Shown: positions 1 to 8,989 of the stretch, in pieces | Layout of the letters: each line of letters starts with the position of its first letter | How positions within the stretch are numbered: the stretch's first letter is position 1 | Assembly: GCF_000379685.1 (NCBI RefSeq) | Contig: NZ_KB903290.1 | Coordinates: 211,790 to 243,789 of the forward strand | Reading direction: 5' to 3' | DNA from: Catelliglobosispora koreensis DSM 44566 | GTDB taxonomy: Bacteria > Actinomycetota > Actinomycetes > Mycobacteriales > Micromonosporaceae | Length of the DNA stretch: 32,000 nucleotides | Notes under the pieces: generated by a model | The model's database searches: none | What the model was told of the DNA's origin: nothing | What the model saw: only the letters and a program-made list of their open reading frames with translations | Program-made: the position numbers and the translations under genes

Positions 1-7
1 CACTGAC

Positions 8-1336
8 GTGTTGATCGTCTACGGTCTGCTGTTAATCGTGGCGCTCACCGCTGCGACCGCCTACTTTGTCGCGCAGGAATTCGCCTATGTCGCCGCCGAT
101 CGCGGCAAACTGCGCCAGGCCGCCGATGGCGGCGATGCTGCAGCGGCAAGGGCTTTGAAGGTGACCGGGCGGCTGTCGTTCATGCTCTCCGGTGCACAGC
201 TAGGCATCACCGTCACGGCGCTACTGGCCGGGTATGTGGCCGAGCCATTCATCGGCGAGGGTCTCGCCCCGCTCGTCGGCAAAACGGGACTGAGTACGGC
301 GGCGAGCCTGTCGGTGTCGGTAGTGATCGCGCTGCTGTTCGCGACCGTCATACAGATGGTCCTTGGTGAGCTGGCGCCCAAGAATCTGGCCATCACCAAG
401 CCTGAGGGTTTAGCGAAATCGTTGTCCCGCTCCACATTGGTCTACATGGCGGTTGCCGGGCCGCTGATCCGGGTTTTCGATGCCGCCGCTAACCGGCTGC
501 TGCGCTCGGTGGGCATCGAACCGGTCGAAGAGCTTCCGCAGGGGGCGACGCGCGAGGATCTGGAGCAGATCGTCGCTGACGCCCGCTCACGAGGCGACCT
601 CGACGCCGATACGGCGCGGCTGCTGGATTCCGGTTTGGACTTTCGCCGACTGACAGCCGGTGAGGTGATGGTGCCGCGAGTAGACGTGGTCACCATGCAC
701 GCCAGCGATCCAGCTTCCCGCTTCGTCGAGCTCCTGGAAACCGGCCATTCCCGCTTCCCGGTCACCGGGCAGGGCCTCGACGACGTGCTGGGGATCGTGT
801 CGGTCGCCGACATCCTCGCCGTGCCGCCAGCTGACCGGGCACACACGCCGGTGAGCCAGCTGGCGATGCCCGCGCTAACGGTGCCGGCATCGGCTTCGGT
901 GCCGCAGGTGCTAGAACGCCTGCGGGCCGAACATCGGCAGCTGGCGATCGTCGCCGACGAATATGGCGGTTTCGCCGGGGTCATCAGCCTGGAAGACATC
1001 GCCGAGGAACTCGTTGGTGAAATCCATGACGAGGACGATCTGCCAGAAGCTACTGCGAAGCGCCAGGGTGACGGGTCGTGGCTGGTGCCCGGACGCTGGC
1101 GCCCAGATGAGATCGCCGATGCGACAGGCATCGGCCTGCCCGAAGATGACTTGTATGACACCGTGTCGGGACTGATGATGCACCGGCTCGGCCACGTCGT
1201 GACCGAAGGCGACCAAGTCGAAGTCACCACCATGGGCACCGATGGGGAAACCACCGTGCGCCTGACCGCGGTCGAGGCCGAACGGCATGTGGCCACGGCC
1301 GTGCGTATCGACGTCATTGATGGGCGGCGGTCATGA
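8..1336 (+). CDS. CNNM/TlyC-family membrane protein (DUF21 TM domain + CBS pair + CorC_HlyC C-terminal domain); hemolysin-like / Mg-Co efflux-like
   Basis: 442-aa ORF. Hydrophobic N-terminal DUF21-type region (AQEFAYVAADR, GELAPKNLA), a central CBS pair, and a C-terminal CorC_HlyC-like segment. Architecture matches the mycobacterial Rv1842c type. A 4-nt ATGA overlap links it to the next gene. The frame is open to the window edge, so the GTG start at 8 could lie further upstream. Confidence 0.85.
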   Translation: MLIVYGLLLIVALTAATAYFVAQEFAYVAADRGKLRQAADGGDAAAARALKVTGRLSFMLSGAQLGITVTALLAGYVAEPFIGEGLAPLVGKTGLSTAASLSVSVVIALLFATVIQMVLGELAPKNLAITKPEGLAKSLSRSTLVYMAVAGPLIRVFDAAANRLLRSVGIEPVEELPQGATREDLEQIVADARSRGDLDADTARLLDSGLDFRRLTAGEVMVPRVDVVTMHASDPASRFVELLETGHSRFPVTGQGLDDVLGIVSVADILAVPPADRAHTPVSQLAMPALTVPASASVPQVLERLRAEHRQLAIVADEYGGFAGVISLEDIAEELVGEIHDEDDLPEATAKRQGDGSWLVPGRWRPDEIADATGIGLPEDDLYDTVSGLMMHRLGHVVTEGDQVEVTTMGTDGETTVRLTAVEAERHVATAVRIDVIDGRRS

Positions 1337-2424
1337 ACACACCTGTCGCGCTGATCGTGTCGCTGATTTTGCTGCTACTCAACGGGTTTTTCGTCGCCGC
1401 CGAGTTCGCGCTTGTCGCGTCCAAGCGTCACCGGCTTGAGCAGTACGCCGCCGAAGGGTCCCGTGCGGCGAAAGCCGCGATCGCCGGCACCCGCGAACTG
1501 TCGCTGATGCTCGCCGGCGCCCAGCTCGGGATCACCTTGTGCTCACTGGGATTGGGTGCCCTGGCTAAACCCGCCCTGGCCGACCTACTCAACCCGCTGT
1601 TCACAGCGTTGGGGATTCCGGCACAAGCCAGCTATGTGGTGGCGTTCATCCTCGCCCTGTCGGTTGTGGTGTTCTTGCACATGGTGATCGGCGAGATGGC
1701 ACCCAAGTCATGGGCGATCAGCCATCCCGAATCCTCCGCCCTGCTTTTGGCTTTGCCGTTTAGAGCGTTCGCCCGGTTCACCCGCCCCGCCCTGCGCGGC
1801 CTCAACGCGATCGCCAACGCGGCACTGCGCCTGATCAAAGTACAGCCGCAAGACGAACTCGCCCAAGCCCACGGTCCGGCCGAGCTGCGCATGCTGCTTG
1901 ACGCTTCCCGTGAGCACGGCACCCTTCCAGCCGCGGACGAGCAACTGCTGCAGGCGATGCTGAATCTGCAGAACACCACTATCGACACCGTCATGGTCCC
2001 CGCTGATGGGATCGTGTCTGTGATAGCCGATGCCCCCGCTGAACAAGTGGAGCGGGTCGCACAGGCACGCGGCCGTTCCCGCCTCGCGGTCACCGACACC
2101 AGAACCGGGAACGTCGCCGGGATCGTGCATGTGCGTGACGCCCTGAAGGCCACCACCGCACGCGTGAACGCGACGGCCGGCTATCTGATGACCGCGCCGC
2201 ACATCCTGCGCCCGCACCAAAACGTCATGTCAGCCATCCGCGGCATGCGTGAACACCGCGCACAGGTCGCCCTCGTCAATGACCAGGCTGGGCGAACCGT
2301 TGGGCTGGTGGCACTGGAGGATCTGCTGGAGCAAGTGATCGGCCAGTTCGATGACGAAACCGACCCGATCATCGCCGCCCACAAAACGGTTGCCCCACGA
2401 CCGCCACACGGCACCGTCACCTGA
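1333..2424 (+). CDS. Second CNNM-family DUF21 + CBS-pair membrane protein (no CorC_HlyC domain), Rv1841c-like
   Basis: 363-aa ORF. It has an N-terminal DUF21 signature (NGFFVAAEFALVASKRHRLE, GEMAPKSWA) followed by CBS-like repeats. It is translationally coupled (ATGA) to the upstream paralog. Confidence 0.85.
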   Translation: MNTPVALIVSLILLLLNGFFVAAEFALVASKRHRLEQYAAEGSRAAKAAIAGTRELSLMLAGAQLGITLCSLGLGALAKPALADLLNPLFTALGIPAQASYVVAFILALSVVVFLHMVIGEMAPKSWAISHPESSALLLALPFRAFARFTRPALRGLNAIANAALRLIKVQPQDELAQAHGPAELRMLLDASREHGTLPAADEQLLQAMLNLQNTTIDTVMVPADGIVSVIADAPAEQVERVAQARGRSRLAVTDTRTGNVAGIVHVRDALKATTARVNATAGYLMTAPHILRPHQNVMSAIRGMREHRAQVALVNDQAGRTVGLVALEDLLEQVIGQFDDETDPIIAAHKTVAPRPPHGTVT

Positions 2425-2457
2425 CGGCCCGGCCCACCCATGTAAGGAAGGTAGCTC

Positions 2458-3588
2458 ATGGTTTTCAAGAAACTGCTCGCCGGGCTCGGTTTCGGCGGCA
2501 TCGAAGCAGACACCATCCTGCCCCCACAACCGGCCGCCTCCGGCGGCCAGCTGACTGGGCAGGTGAACCTGCGTGCTAAATCTGATACCGACATCACCGC
2601 CATTACGCTCATCCTCGTAGCCCAGGCGCCGATGGGTGAGCTTGAGCTGAGCCGGTTCCAGGTCGCCGGAATGGTCCGCATCCCCTCTGGGGCAACACAA
2701 GCGGTGCCGTTCAGTGTGCCACTGTCGGCATACACCCCGTTCACTGTCCTATTCGGGCAGAATCTTCCCGGCATGCACCTCGGTGTGCGTACCGAACTCG
2801 CGGTCGCCTCAGGTAAAGCCAAAGGCGACTTCGACCCGGTCCGCGTCGAAGCCGCCGGCGTGCACGAGCAGATCATGGACACCCTCGGGCTGATCGGCTG
2901 CAAGTTCGTGCGCAGCGACATCCGCCCCGGCGCCCAGGTGGGCCTCAATGTTCCTGCGGTGCAGGCGATCACGTTCTTCGCGCCGAGCCCCGACGGGCAG
3001 CAGCCCGGCCCGCACATCCCACTGATTACCTTCACCCTATCCGGCAACAACGAGGGCCTTACCGTCCTATCCGAACTGACCGGCCGCCCCGGTGTGCCGG
3101 ACCGCCACGAACTATCTGCAGCCGACGTCACGCGACTGACGAACACCGATGGTGGCTGGAGCGGCGAAGTCGACCGGTGGCTGATCAACACTCTTGAAAA
3201 GCTCGGCCAGGCATCAGCTGGTGCCGGTGCGGGCGGGTTCATGCAGCCGCACGCACAAAGCCACCAGCCAGGCTATGGACAGCAGCCGTACGGTTACGGC
3301 CAGAAGGGGTATGCCTACGGCGGGCACGCCAAACACGGTTCCTACAAATACTCTGGCTATCACGGTAAACCGTCGATGGCCGGTGCCTTGGCGATGGGTG
3401 TCGGCGGTGCCGCGCTCGGATTCCTGGGCGGGATGATGCTAGGCGACATGATCGGCGACGCCTTCGGCGGCGACATGGCAGGCGAGGCAATGGATGCCGC
3501 CGGTGTCGAAGACCCAGGCCTGGCCGATGCCGGCGGCGATATGGGCGGGTTCGACGATTTCGGCGGCGGAGACTTCGGCGAATTCTGA
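2458..3588 (+). CDS. SpoOM-family (sporulation-control-like) protein with long G/Y-rich, glycine-zipper and acidic C-terminal extension
   Basis: The N-terminus MVFKKLLAGLGFGGIEADTIL...GQVNL is the typical SpoOM start. An RBS (AAGGAAGG) precedes the ATG. From about aa 251 the C-terminus is low complexity. Confidence 0.8.
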   Translation: MVFKKLLAGLGFGGIEADTILPPQPAASGGQLTGQVNLRAKSDTDITAITLILVAQAPMGELELSRFQVAGMVRIPSGATQAVPFSVPLSAYTPFTVLFGQNLPGMHLGVRTELAVASGKAKGDFDPVRVEAAGVHEQIMDTLGLIGCKFVRSDIRPGAQVGLNVPAVQAITFFAPSPDGQQPGPHIPLITFTLSGNNEGLTVLSELTGRPGVPDRHELSAADVTRLTNTDGGWSGEVDRWLINTLEKLGQASAGAGAGGFMQPHAQSHQPGYGQQPYGYGQKGYAYGGHAKHGSYKYSGYHGKPSMAGALAMGVGGAALGFLGGMMLGDMIGDAFGGDMAGEAMDAAGVEDPGLADAGGDMGGFDDFGGGDFGEF

Positions 3589-3752
3589 GCCGCCGAAACT
3601 GCCACCCAAACGGCCGGTGGCGGCCCGCTCTGCACTGGTCCGGGCGGGGCCACCGGTCCCACACTGGGTGCCGCGTCTTATGTGGAGTGACCCTGGCGCG
3701 CGGGCACCGCGATGGAAACCACACATTGCGCACTGCGCTGAGGGACTGCATC

Positions 3753-3766
3753 AGGTCTTTGGTCCC
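3753..3766. promoter_or_regulatory. Candidate distal DosR/DevR-like box (AGGTCTTTGGTCCC)
   Basis: Matches GGGACTWWAGTCCC at 11/14 positions. An extra GGGAC half-site lies at 3742-3746. The box sits about 250 nt upstream of hyhB. Confidence 0.3.
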
Positions 3767-3938
3767 GCTTGGTGGGGCCGTGGACTCTATTGGCAAGCCT
3801 TGCGTAGCGTGCACGCTGAATGCAGTCACCCGTCGGCGAAGTGACAAGAGAACTCGCACAGACTCGACATCCTCCTTCTGCCGGCGGGTCGCCATGGCGC
3901 GGGTGGAGCACCGAGGTCAAGGTGTTGTAGCCAGGAGG

Positions 3939-3958
3939 TACGGGCCTTTAGTCCCCGG
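3939..3958. promoter_or_regulatory. DosR/DevR-like box upstream of the hydrogenase operon (TACGGGCCTTTAGTCCCCGG)
   Basis: The core GGGCCTTTAGTCCC matches GGGACTWWAGTCCC at 13/14, and the full site matches the 20-mer TTSGGGACTWWAGTCCCSAA at 16/20. It lies 56-75 nt upstream of the ATG at 4014. Confidence 0.6.
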
Positions 3959-4013
3959 GCCTGTGGGCCCTGCGAATCTAGCCGTCGAGGCAAAGGGATA
4001 GTGCACTTAAGGC

Positions 4014-5126
4014 ATGGTGCTAACCCGCAAACGCGTCCTCCCGACCGCCATGCTGGACTCGCTATCTCCTCTCATAGCGGCCTTGCGTGCCGACGGCTAC
4101 AGCGTGATCGGGCCAACCCTGCGCGATGGGGCCATTGTGCTTGCCGAGCTAACCTCAGCCAGCGATCTGCCCCACGGCTGGGGCGTCGAACTTGACGCGG
4201 GCAGTTACCGGGTCCGCCGCCGTGATGACGATGCCGCTTTCGGGCACTCATCCGGGGCGCAGTCCTGGAAAACCTACCTGCATCCAGCGAAAGTTCCCTT
4301 TTGGACCGCACAGAAAACCAGTGATGGCTTCACCGTTGACGTACCTCCGCCGGACGGCATCCGGTACGCCTTCGTCGGAGTGCGGCCATGCGACTTGCGT
4401 GCCATAGCAATTCAGGGGCGTGTGCTTGGCAGTAGCTATGCGGCACGTCTCGAGTCCGCGTTCATCGTTGCTGTTGACTGCACCGAGCCGGGTGAGGCCT
4501 GCTTCTGCGTCACGGCCGGCGGCGGACCGGCCTGTGGCCCAGGTGCCGATATTCAGCTCACGGAGACAGTTGGTCCACGCTACCTAGCCAGCGCGCAAAC
4601 CACGATAGGACAAGCCGTCCTCGATACCTTGCCGCAGCAACCTGCTACACCAGCCGAACGAGAGCAGGGCGCGACGGCTGTGGCGCAAGCCGCCGAGCGC
4701 ATGCAGCGCCACCTGCCGTCGATTGACTTGCGAGACCTCCTGTCTGGTAGCAGGAATGCCGCCCGATGGGATGAGGTGGCGCAGCGCTGCCTGGCCTGTG
4801 GCAACTGCACCATGGTTTGCCCAACATGTTTTTGCACGTCGGTGCGCGACACCACCGATCTCGGCGGGGATATCGCACAGCGCTGGCAAACCTGGGACTC
4901 CTGTTTCGATCTGGACTTCTCCTATCTGCATGGCGGGCCGGTGCGCACGAGCACCAGCAGCCGTTACCGCCAGTGGCTGAGCCACAAGTTAGGCACCTGG
5001 CATGACCAGTTCGGGGAATCAGGGTGTGTCGGTTGTGGACGGTGCATCGTGTGGTGCCCAGCCGGAATCGACCTCACCGAGGAAGTCAGTGCTTTGGCTC
5101 AAGAAAGGCAGACAGACCATGAATAG
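4014..5126 (+). CDS. hyhB: Group 3b-type hydrogenase beta subunit (AsrA/sulfhydrogenase-beta-like 4Fe-4S protein)
   Basis: 370 aa. Two ferredoxin-type Cys clusters are present (CLACGNCTMVCPTCFC and CVGCGRCIVWCPAGID). It is the first gene of a gamma/delta/alpha hydrogenase gene set. Confidence 0.85.
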   Translation: MVLTRKRVLPTAMLDSLSPLIAALRADGYSVIGPTLRDGAIVLAELTSASDLPHGWGVELDAGSYRVRRRDDDAAFGHSSGAQSWKTYLHPAKVPFWTAQKTSDGFTVDVPPPDGIRYAFVGVRPCDLRAIAIQGRVLGSSYAARLESAFIVAVDCTEPGEACFCVTAGGGPACGPGADIQLTETVGPRYLASAQTTIGQAVLDTLPQQPATPAEREQGATAVAQAAERMQRHLPSIDLRDLLSGSRNAARWDEVAQRCLACGNCTMVCPTCFCTSVRDTTDLGGDIAQRWQTWDSCFDLDFSYLHGGPVRTSTSSRYRQWLSHKLGTWHDQFGESGCVGCGRCIVWCPAGIDLTEEVSALAQERQTDHE

Positions 5127-5583
5127 CGTTCGTGACACGTTAGGTGAATTTTCGTTCCTTGACGAGGTACCCGACACCTGGCTGGATCGCCTGAGCAGTA
5201 TCGGGCACAAGGTAACTTACCCGACTGGGCAGCGGATCTTCCATGAAGGTGAGCGCGCAGAACACTTCTGGCTCATCACTAGCGGAGCGGTTGGTTTGGA
5301 CCTGCATGTGCCGGGCAGGGGCGACATCCTCATCGAAACGTTGCGCGAGGGCGACGTACTCGGCTGGTCGTGGATGTTCCCTCCCCGCCGCTGGCACTTC
5401 GGCGCAGTGGCAGCGCGGACAGTGCACGCGATCCAATTCAATGGCGAAGAGGTCATGCGGACGTGCCGCGAGAATCCGGCCCTCGGGATGGACCTGATGC
5501 AGCGGTTCGTGGCGCTCATCCTAGATCGTCTGCAGGCCACGCGAATGAGACTCATCGATCTTTATGGGTATCCGCCATCATGA
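5119..5583 (+). CDS. Stand-alone cyclic-nucleotide-binding-domain (CAP effector-domain fold) protein, no HTH
   Basis: The track ORF 5002-5583 is trimmed to the ATG at 5119, which is preceded by AAGAAAGG. The sequence FSFLDEVPDTWLDRL...YPTGQRIFHEGERAEHFWLITSGAVGLDL...REGDVLGWSW is a cNMP-binding beta-roll. It overlaps hyhB by 8 nt, and its TGA overlaps the hyhG ATG. Confidence 0.8.
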   Translation: MNSVRDTLGEFSFLDEVPDTWLDRLSSIGHKVTYPTGQRIFHEGERAEHFWLITSGAVGLDLHVPGRGDILIETLREGDVLGWSWMFPPRRWHFGAVAARTVHAIQFNGEEVMRTCRENPALGMDLMQRFVALILDRLQATRMRLIDLYGYPPS

Positions 5584-6386
5584 TGCCTTCGCTATTTCGT
5601 GTTGTTCACCGGCGCGTGGAAACGCACGACACAGTCACGCTGGCCTTGGCACCTGCTAGTGAGCCGCTGACACCGCCAGCGCCAGGCCAGTTCCACATGC
5701 TCTACGCCTTTGGGATCGGCGAGATCCCCGTGTCCGTCAGTGCCACCGAGGATGCAGGGATTCAGCTGCACACGATAAGGGCGGTTGGTGCGGTGTCCCG
5801 GGCACTGTGCCAGGCCATGCCAGGAACGATGCTCGGCGTGCGTGGCCCATTTGGCAAAGGCTGGCGTGTCCCGGCACAAGGTGGCAAAAACCTGCTGATT
5901 GTTGCCGGCGGGATTGGGCTGGCGCCGTTGCGGCCTGTGATCCGCGAGGCCATACGACGGCGTGAACAGTACGGAAACGTTGCTGTTGCCATCGGCGCTC
6001 GCAGCCCAGGCGAACAGCTCTACACAGCGGAGTACCGGGAGTGGCGAGACGCCGGCCTGAAGGTGCTGACCACCGTGGACCAGGCGCCTGGGGGATGGGG
6101 CGGCCACGTGGGGCTCGTTACGCAGCTGCTGCCAGGTCTGGTGACGAGCCCAGCGGCGACCGTCGCCATGCTTTGCGGCCCCGAGGCCATGATGCGGGTG
6201 ACCGCCCGGGCATTGGCCGATCAGGGTATGGCAGCGCCATCGATTCAGGTTTCGCTCGAACGCAACATGCAGTGCGGCATAGGCGAATGCGGTCATTGCC
6301 AGCTTGGCCCGCTGTTGGTCTGCCGAAGTGGCCCGGTCACCGGCTACGAAGTGGCGGAGCCATTGTTCGCGGTGAAGGAGCTGTGA
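5580..6386 (+). CDS. hyhG: Group 3b-type hydrogenase gamma subunit (AsrB/PyrK-like FAD/NAD(P)-binding oxidoreductase with C-terminal 2Fe-2S)
   Basis: Trimmed to the ATG at 5580 ([21 protein letters not shown]). It has an FNR-like fold, an [13 protein letters not shown] nucleotide-binding motif and the C-terminal cluster motif [14 protein letters not shown]. Confidence 0.85.
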   Translation: MMPSLFRVVHRRVETHDTVTLALAPASEPLTPPAPGQFHMLYAFGIGEIPVSVSATEDAGIQLHTIRAVGAVSRALCQAMPGTMLGVRGPFGKGWRVPAQGGKNLLIVAGGIGLAPLRPVIREAIRRREQYGNVAVAIGARSPGEQLYTAEYREWRDAGLKVLTTVDQAPGGWGGHVGLVTQLLPGLVTSPAATVAMLCGPEAMMRVTARALADQGMAAPSIQVSLERNMQCGIGECGHCQLGPLLVCRSGPVTGYEVAEPLFAVKEL

Positions 6387-7075
6387 TGAAACCGAAACTC
6401 GCCGTGTGGAAGTTCGCCTCGTGCGACGGCTGCCAGCTGTCCCTTTTGGACTGTGAAGACGAGCTACTGGAGATCGCCGCACACGTGCAGATCGCGCACT
6501 TCCTTGAGGCCTCCAGCGCCAGCGTCTGCGGCCCATATGACATCTCGCTGGTGGAAGGATCCGTCACGACACCATTGGATGTGGAGCGCATCCGGCAGGT
6601 GCGGGCAGACTCCAAGCAGCTGATCACGATCGGTGCCTGCGCGACGGCCGGTGGAATTCAGGCTCTGCGCAACTTCGCCGACGTTGACGAGTTCCGGTCA
6701 ATCGTTTACGCGCGACCCGAATTCATCGACACCCTTGCCGAGTCCACGCCGATCGCAGCGGTCGTACCGGTGGACTATGAATTGCGCGGCTGTCCCATCG
6801 ACCGCGGTCAGCTACTCGAGACACTGTCGGCGCTGCTGAATGGGCGACGGCCGCGTGGCCCGCTGCACAGCGTGTGCTTCGAATGCAAAACACGTGGGAC
6901 AACCTGCGTTCTCGTGAAGGGAACGCCCTGCCTCGGACCCGCCACGCAGGCCGGGTGTGGAGCGCTGTGCCCAGCCTATGGCCGCGGTTGCTACGGCTGC
7001 TTCGGCCCGGCCACGGGTGCACCGGCCCACGCCAAGAAGGTGTTCAACCTCTTCAACTCGGGAGCGCCGTCATGA
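6386..7075 (+). CDS. hyhS: [NiFe]-hydrogenase small (delta) subunit, NuoB-like
   Basis: Trimmed to the ATG at 6386 ([28 protein letters not shown]). [10 protein letters not shown] and a C-terminal Cys-rich FeS region are present. Start and stop codons overlap the neighbours on both sides. Confidence 0.9.
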   Translation: MKPKLAVWKFASCDGCQLSLLDCEDELLEIAAHVQIAHFLEASSASVCGPYDISLVEGSVTTPLDVERIRQVRADSKQLITIGACATAGGIQALRNFADVDEFRSIVYARPEFIDTLAESTPIAAVVPVDYELRGCPIDRGQLLETLSALLNGRRPRGPLHSVCFECKTRGTTCVLVKGTPCLGPATQAGCGALCPAYGRGCYGCFGPATGAPAHAKKVFNLFNSGAPS

Positions 7076-8373
7076 CGCACCGTCTCGATCGTTCACTGCA
7101 GGTCAGCGCGCTGTCGCGAGTGGAGGGTGAGGGCGCGATGCGTCTTGTCACCGCAGGCGGCAGGGTGGAGTCGGTAGCGCTGGAGATATACGAGCCGCCG
7201 AGGTTTTTCGAGGCGCTGCTTCGCGGGCGCACCATGGGCGAGGTCACCGACATTACAGCGCGCATCTGCGGCATCTGCCCGGTCGCCTATCAGATGTCGG
7301 CGTGTCACGCGATGGAAGACGCTTGTGGGACCAATATTCCCGTTCCGATACAGGACCTGCGGCGGCTGCTCTATTGCGGCGAGTGGATTTCCAGCCACGC
7401 CCTGCATATCTACCTGCTGCACGCCCCAGATTTCCTTGGCTACGACAGCGTTGTGGAGCTGGCCCAGGCACACCGGCCCCTTGTGGAACGTGGCTTGCGC
7501 CTGAAGAAGGCCGGCAATGCGATCCTGCAAACCGTTGGCGGAAGGGCGATTCACCCGGTCAACGTACGGCTCGGCGGGTTTTACCGTTCGCCGAGCCGGG
7601 CTGAACTACAGGAGCTGGCGGTCACCTTGCGGTCGGCCCTCGATGACGCGCTGGCAACGGTGCGATGGGTGGCGGGATTTGACTTTCCGGACTTCGCCCA
7701 TGAGCACGAGTACCTCGCGCTAGTGAGTCCCGGCTGCTATGCCATAGAATCCGGCGTTCCCACCACCGACCGCGGGCTCAGCTTCCCGGTACGCGATTTC
7801 GAATCGCATGTCATCGAGGAACAGGTACCGCATTCCACGGCCCTGCACGCCCGCCTGGCTGGCCGTGGCCGTTACCTGACAGGCCCGCTGGCACGCTATT
7901 CCCTTAGCCAGCAATGGCTCTCACCGCTGGCCAGGATGGCCGCGGCGCAGGCCGGGCTGGGGGAGACGTGCCGTAACCCCTTCCGCAGCATCGTGGTGCG
8001 TGCCGTTGAGACCGTCTACGCGGTGGAAGAGGCACTGCGACTGATCGACGGCTACGTGCCACCGCAACCGGCGCATGTGGACCTCATTCCCTTATCCGGC
8101 AAGGGTTTTGGTGCGACTGAGGCACCCCGGGGCACGCTATTTCACCGGTACGAGATCTCCGCGTCCGGGGACATTGTGTCTGCCCGGATCACCCCGCCGA
8201 CGTCGCAGAACCAGGCCGCGATCGAGGACGATCTGCGCCTATTCGCCGGGCCTAGGCTGGAACTGGATGACCACGAGCTGGCGCACGCCTGCGAGTCGGC
8301 GATCCGCTGCTATGACCCTTGCATCTCCTGCGCCACACACTTCCTCGAGTTGACTGTGGAGCGGAGACTGTGA
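7072..8373 (+). CDS. hyhL: [NiFe]-hydrogenase large (alpha) subunit, group 3b-like
   Basis: Trimmed to the ATG at 7072. The N-terminal Ni-binding motif [10 protein letters not shown] and the C-terminal DPCISCATH are both present. The size (433 aa) fits cytosolic group 3 enzymes. Confidence 0.92.
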   Translation: MTHRLDRSLQVSALSRVEGEGAMRLVTAGGRVESVALEIYEPPRFFEALLRGRTMGEVTDITARICGICPVAYQMSACHAMEDACGTNIPVPIQDLRRLLYCGEWISSHALHIYLLHAPDFLGYDSVVELAQAHRPLVERGLRLKKAGNAILQTVGGRAIHPVNVRLGGFYRSPSRAELQELAVTLRSALDDALATVRWVAGFDFPDFAHEHEYLALVSPGCYAIESGVPTTDRGLSFPVRDFESHVIEEQVPHSTALHARLAGRGRYLTGPLARYSLSQQWLSPLARMAAAQAGLGETCRNPFRSIVVRAVETVYAVEEALRLIDGYVPPQPAHVDLIPLSGKGFGATEAPRGTLFHRYEISASGDIVSARITPPTSQNQAAIEDDLRLFAGPRLELDDHELAHACESAIRCYDPCISCATHFLELTVERRL

Positions 8374-8816
8374 TGGGCAAGATTGTCGTTATCGGTGTGG
8401 GGAACCCTTACCGGCGTGACGACGGCGTAGGCCCGGCGGTAATCGACTTGCTGCGGGATCGTCGGCTCGTGGGCGTGCGCCTCGCCACGTCCCTCGGCGA
8501 CACCGCGGAACTCATCGAATTGTGGTCTAGCGCGAGCTTGGCCATCGTCGTCGACGCCATGCGGGCTGTCGCGCCTCGCCCTGGGCGAGTCCACCGGACG
8601 GTCAGCTCACATGGCCTGCCGATGGGTGAGGCGATAGAGCTCGCGCGAGCGCTCGGCCGCATGCCCGATCGCCTTGAGGTGTATGGCATCGAGGTACAGG
8701 AAACCGGTCACGGGCACGGGCTAAGCCCTGACGTGGCGTCAAGTGCGATCGCGGTCGCGCGCCGCATCGCTGTGGAGGTGAAACGCGCATGTGCCTCGCC
8801 TACGCCGCAAAAGTAG
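8373..8816 (+). CDS. Hydrogenase maturation endopeptidase (HyaD/HycI family)
   Basis: [23 protein letters not shown] carries the GNxxxxDDGxG motif. The ATG overlaps the hyhL TGA. Confidence 0.85.
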   Translation: MGKIVVIGVGNPYRRDDGVGPAVIDLLRDRRLVGVRLATSLGDTAELIELWSSASLAIVVDAMRAVAPRPGRVHRTVSSHGLPMGEAIELARALGRMPDRLEVYGIEVQETGHGHGLSPDVASSAIAVARRIAVEVKRACASPTPQK

Positions 8817-8989
8817 TGTCCGTTTCGGACACCGTTGCCATGGTCTTCACCGGAGAAAACCAGCAGCGGGTCACTTTGCTTGCCCTTGAAGGAGATCCCC
8901 CGGTGCCCGGGGACTGGGTGCTGGTCCTTTCCGGGCTAGCGCTACGAAAGCTCACCGAGGAGGAGCGCCATGAGTACCTCACACCGTAG
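8789..8989 (+). CDS. hypC: HypC/HupF-family hydrogenase assembly chaperone
   Basis: 66 aa. It begins with MCL (the essential N-terminal Cys) and contains the PGDWVLV...L..EE pattern typical of the HypC OB-fold. Confidence 0.8.
   Translation: MCLAYAAKVVSVSDTVAMVFTGENQQRVTLLALEGDPPVPGDWVLVLSGLALRKLTEEERHEYLTP

Noticed and set aside
2181-3242. 353-aa minus-strand ORF, together with similar antisense ORFs at 442-1317, 3239-3895, 5592-6536, 9114-9932 and 23990-24484
   Set aside because: All are mirror frames of confidently identified plus-strand genes. They have Ser/Arg/Pro-biased low-complexity translations and no RBS or motif support.
3430-3588. Repetitive GGCGGCGA/GGCGAC-type DNA that might look like a tandem repeat
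   Set aside because: It is the in-frame coding sequence of the Gly/Asp-rich tail of the SpoOM-like protein. The units are irregular, and it is not a repeat element or CRISPR array.
3599-3623. Stem-loop GCCACC-N9-GGTGGC just after the SpoOM stop, considered as an intrinsic terminator
   Set aside because: The stem is a short 6-8 bp with a 9-nt loop and no downstream T tract. It is plausible but not supportable from sequence alone.
3862-3880. Strong AAGGAGGA on the minus strand followed by a 14-codon ORF in the spo0M-hyhB spacer
   Set aside because: The SD abuts the ATG with a spacing of 0-1 nt. The peptide is tiny and has no supporting features.
5002-7071. Long N-terminal extensions in the ORF track (5002-5118, 5370-5579, 6041-6385 and 6874-7071; also 8319-8372, 22646-22717, 27483-27620 and 29544-29687)
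   Set aside because: The extensions overlap the preceding gene in another frame and translate to Arg/Pro-rich junk. Homologous N-termini begin at internal ATGs that form ATGA or 8-nt overlaps with the upstream stop, so I trimmed the starts accordingly.
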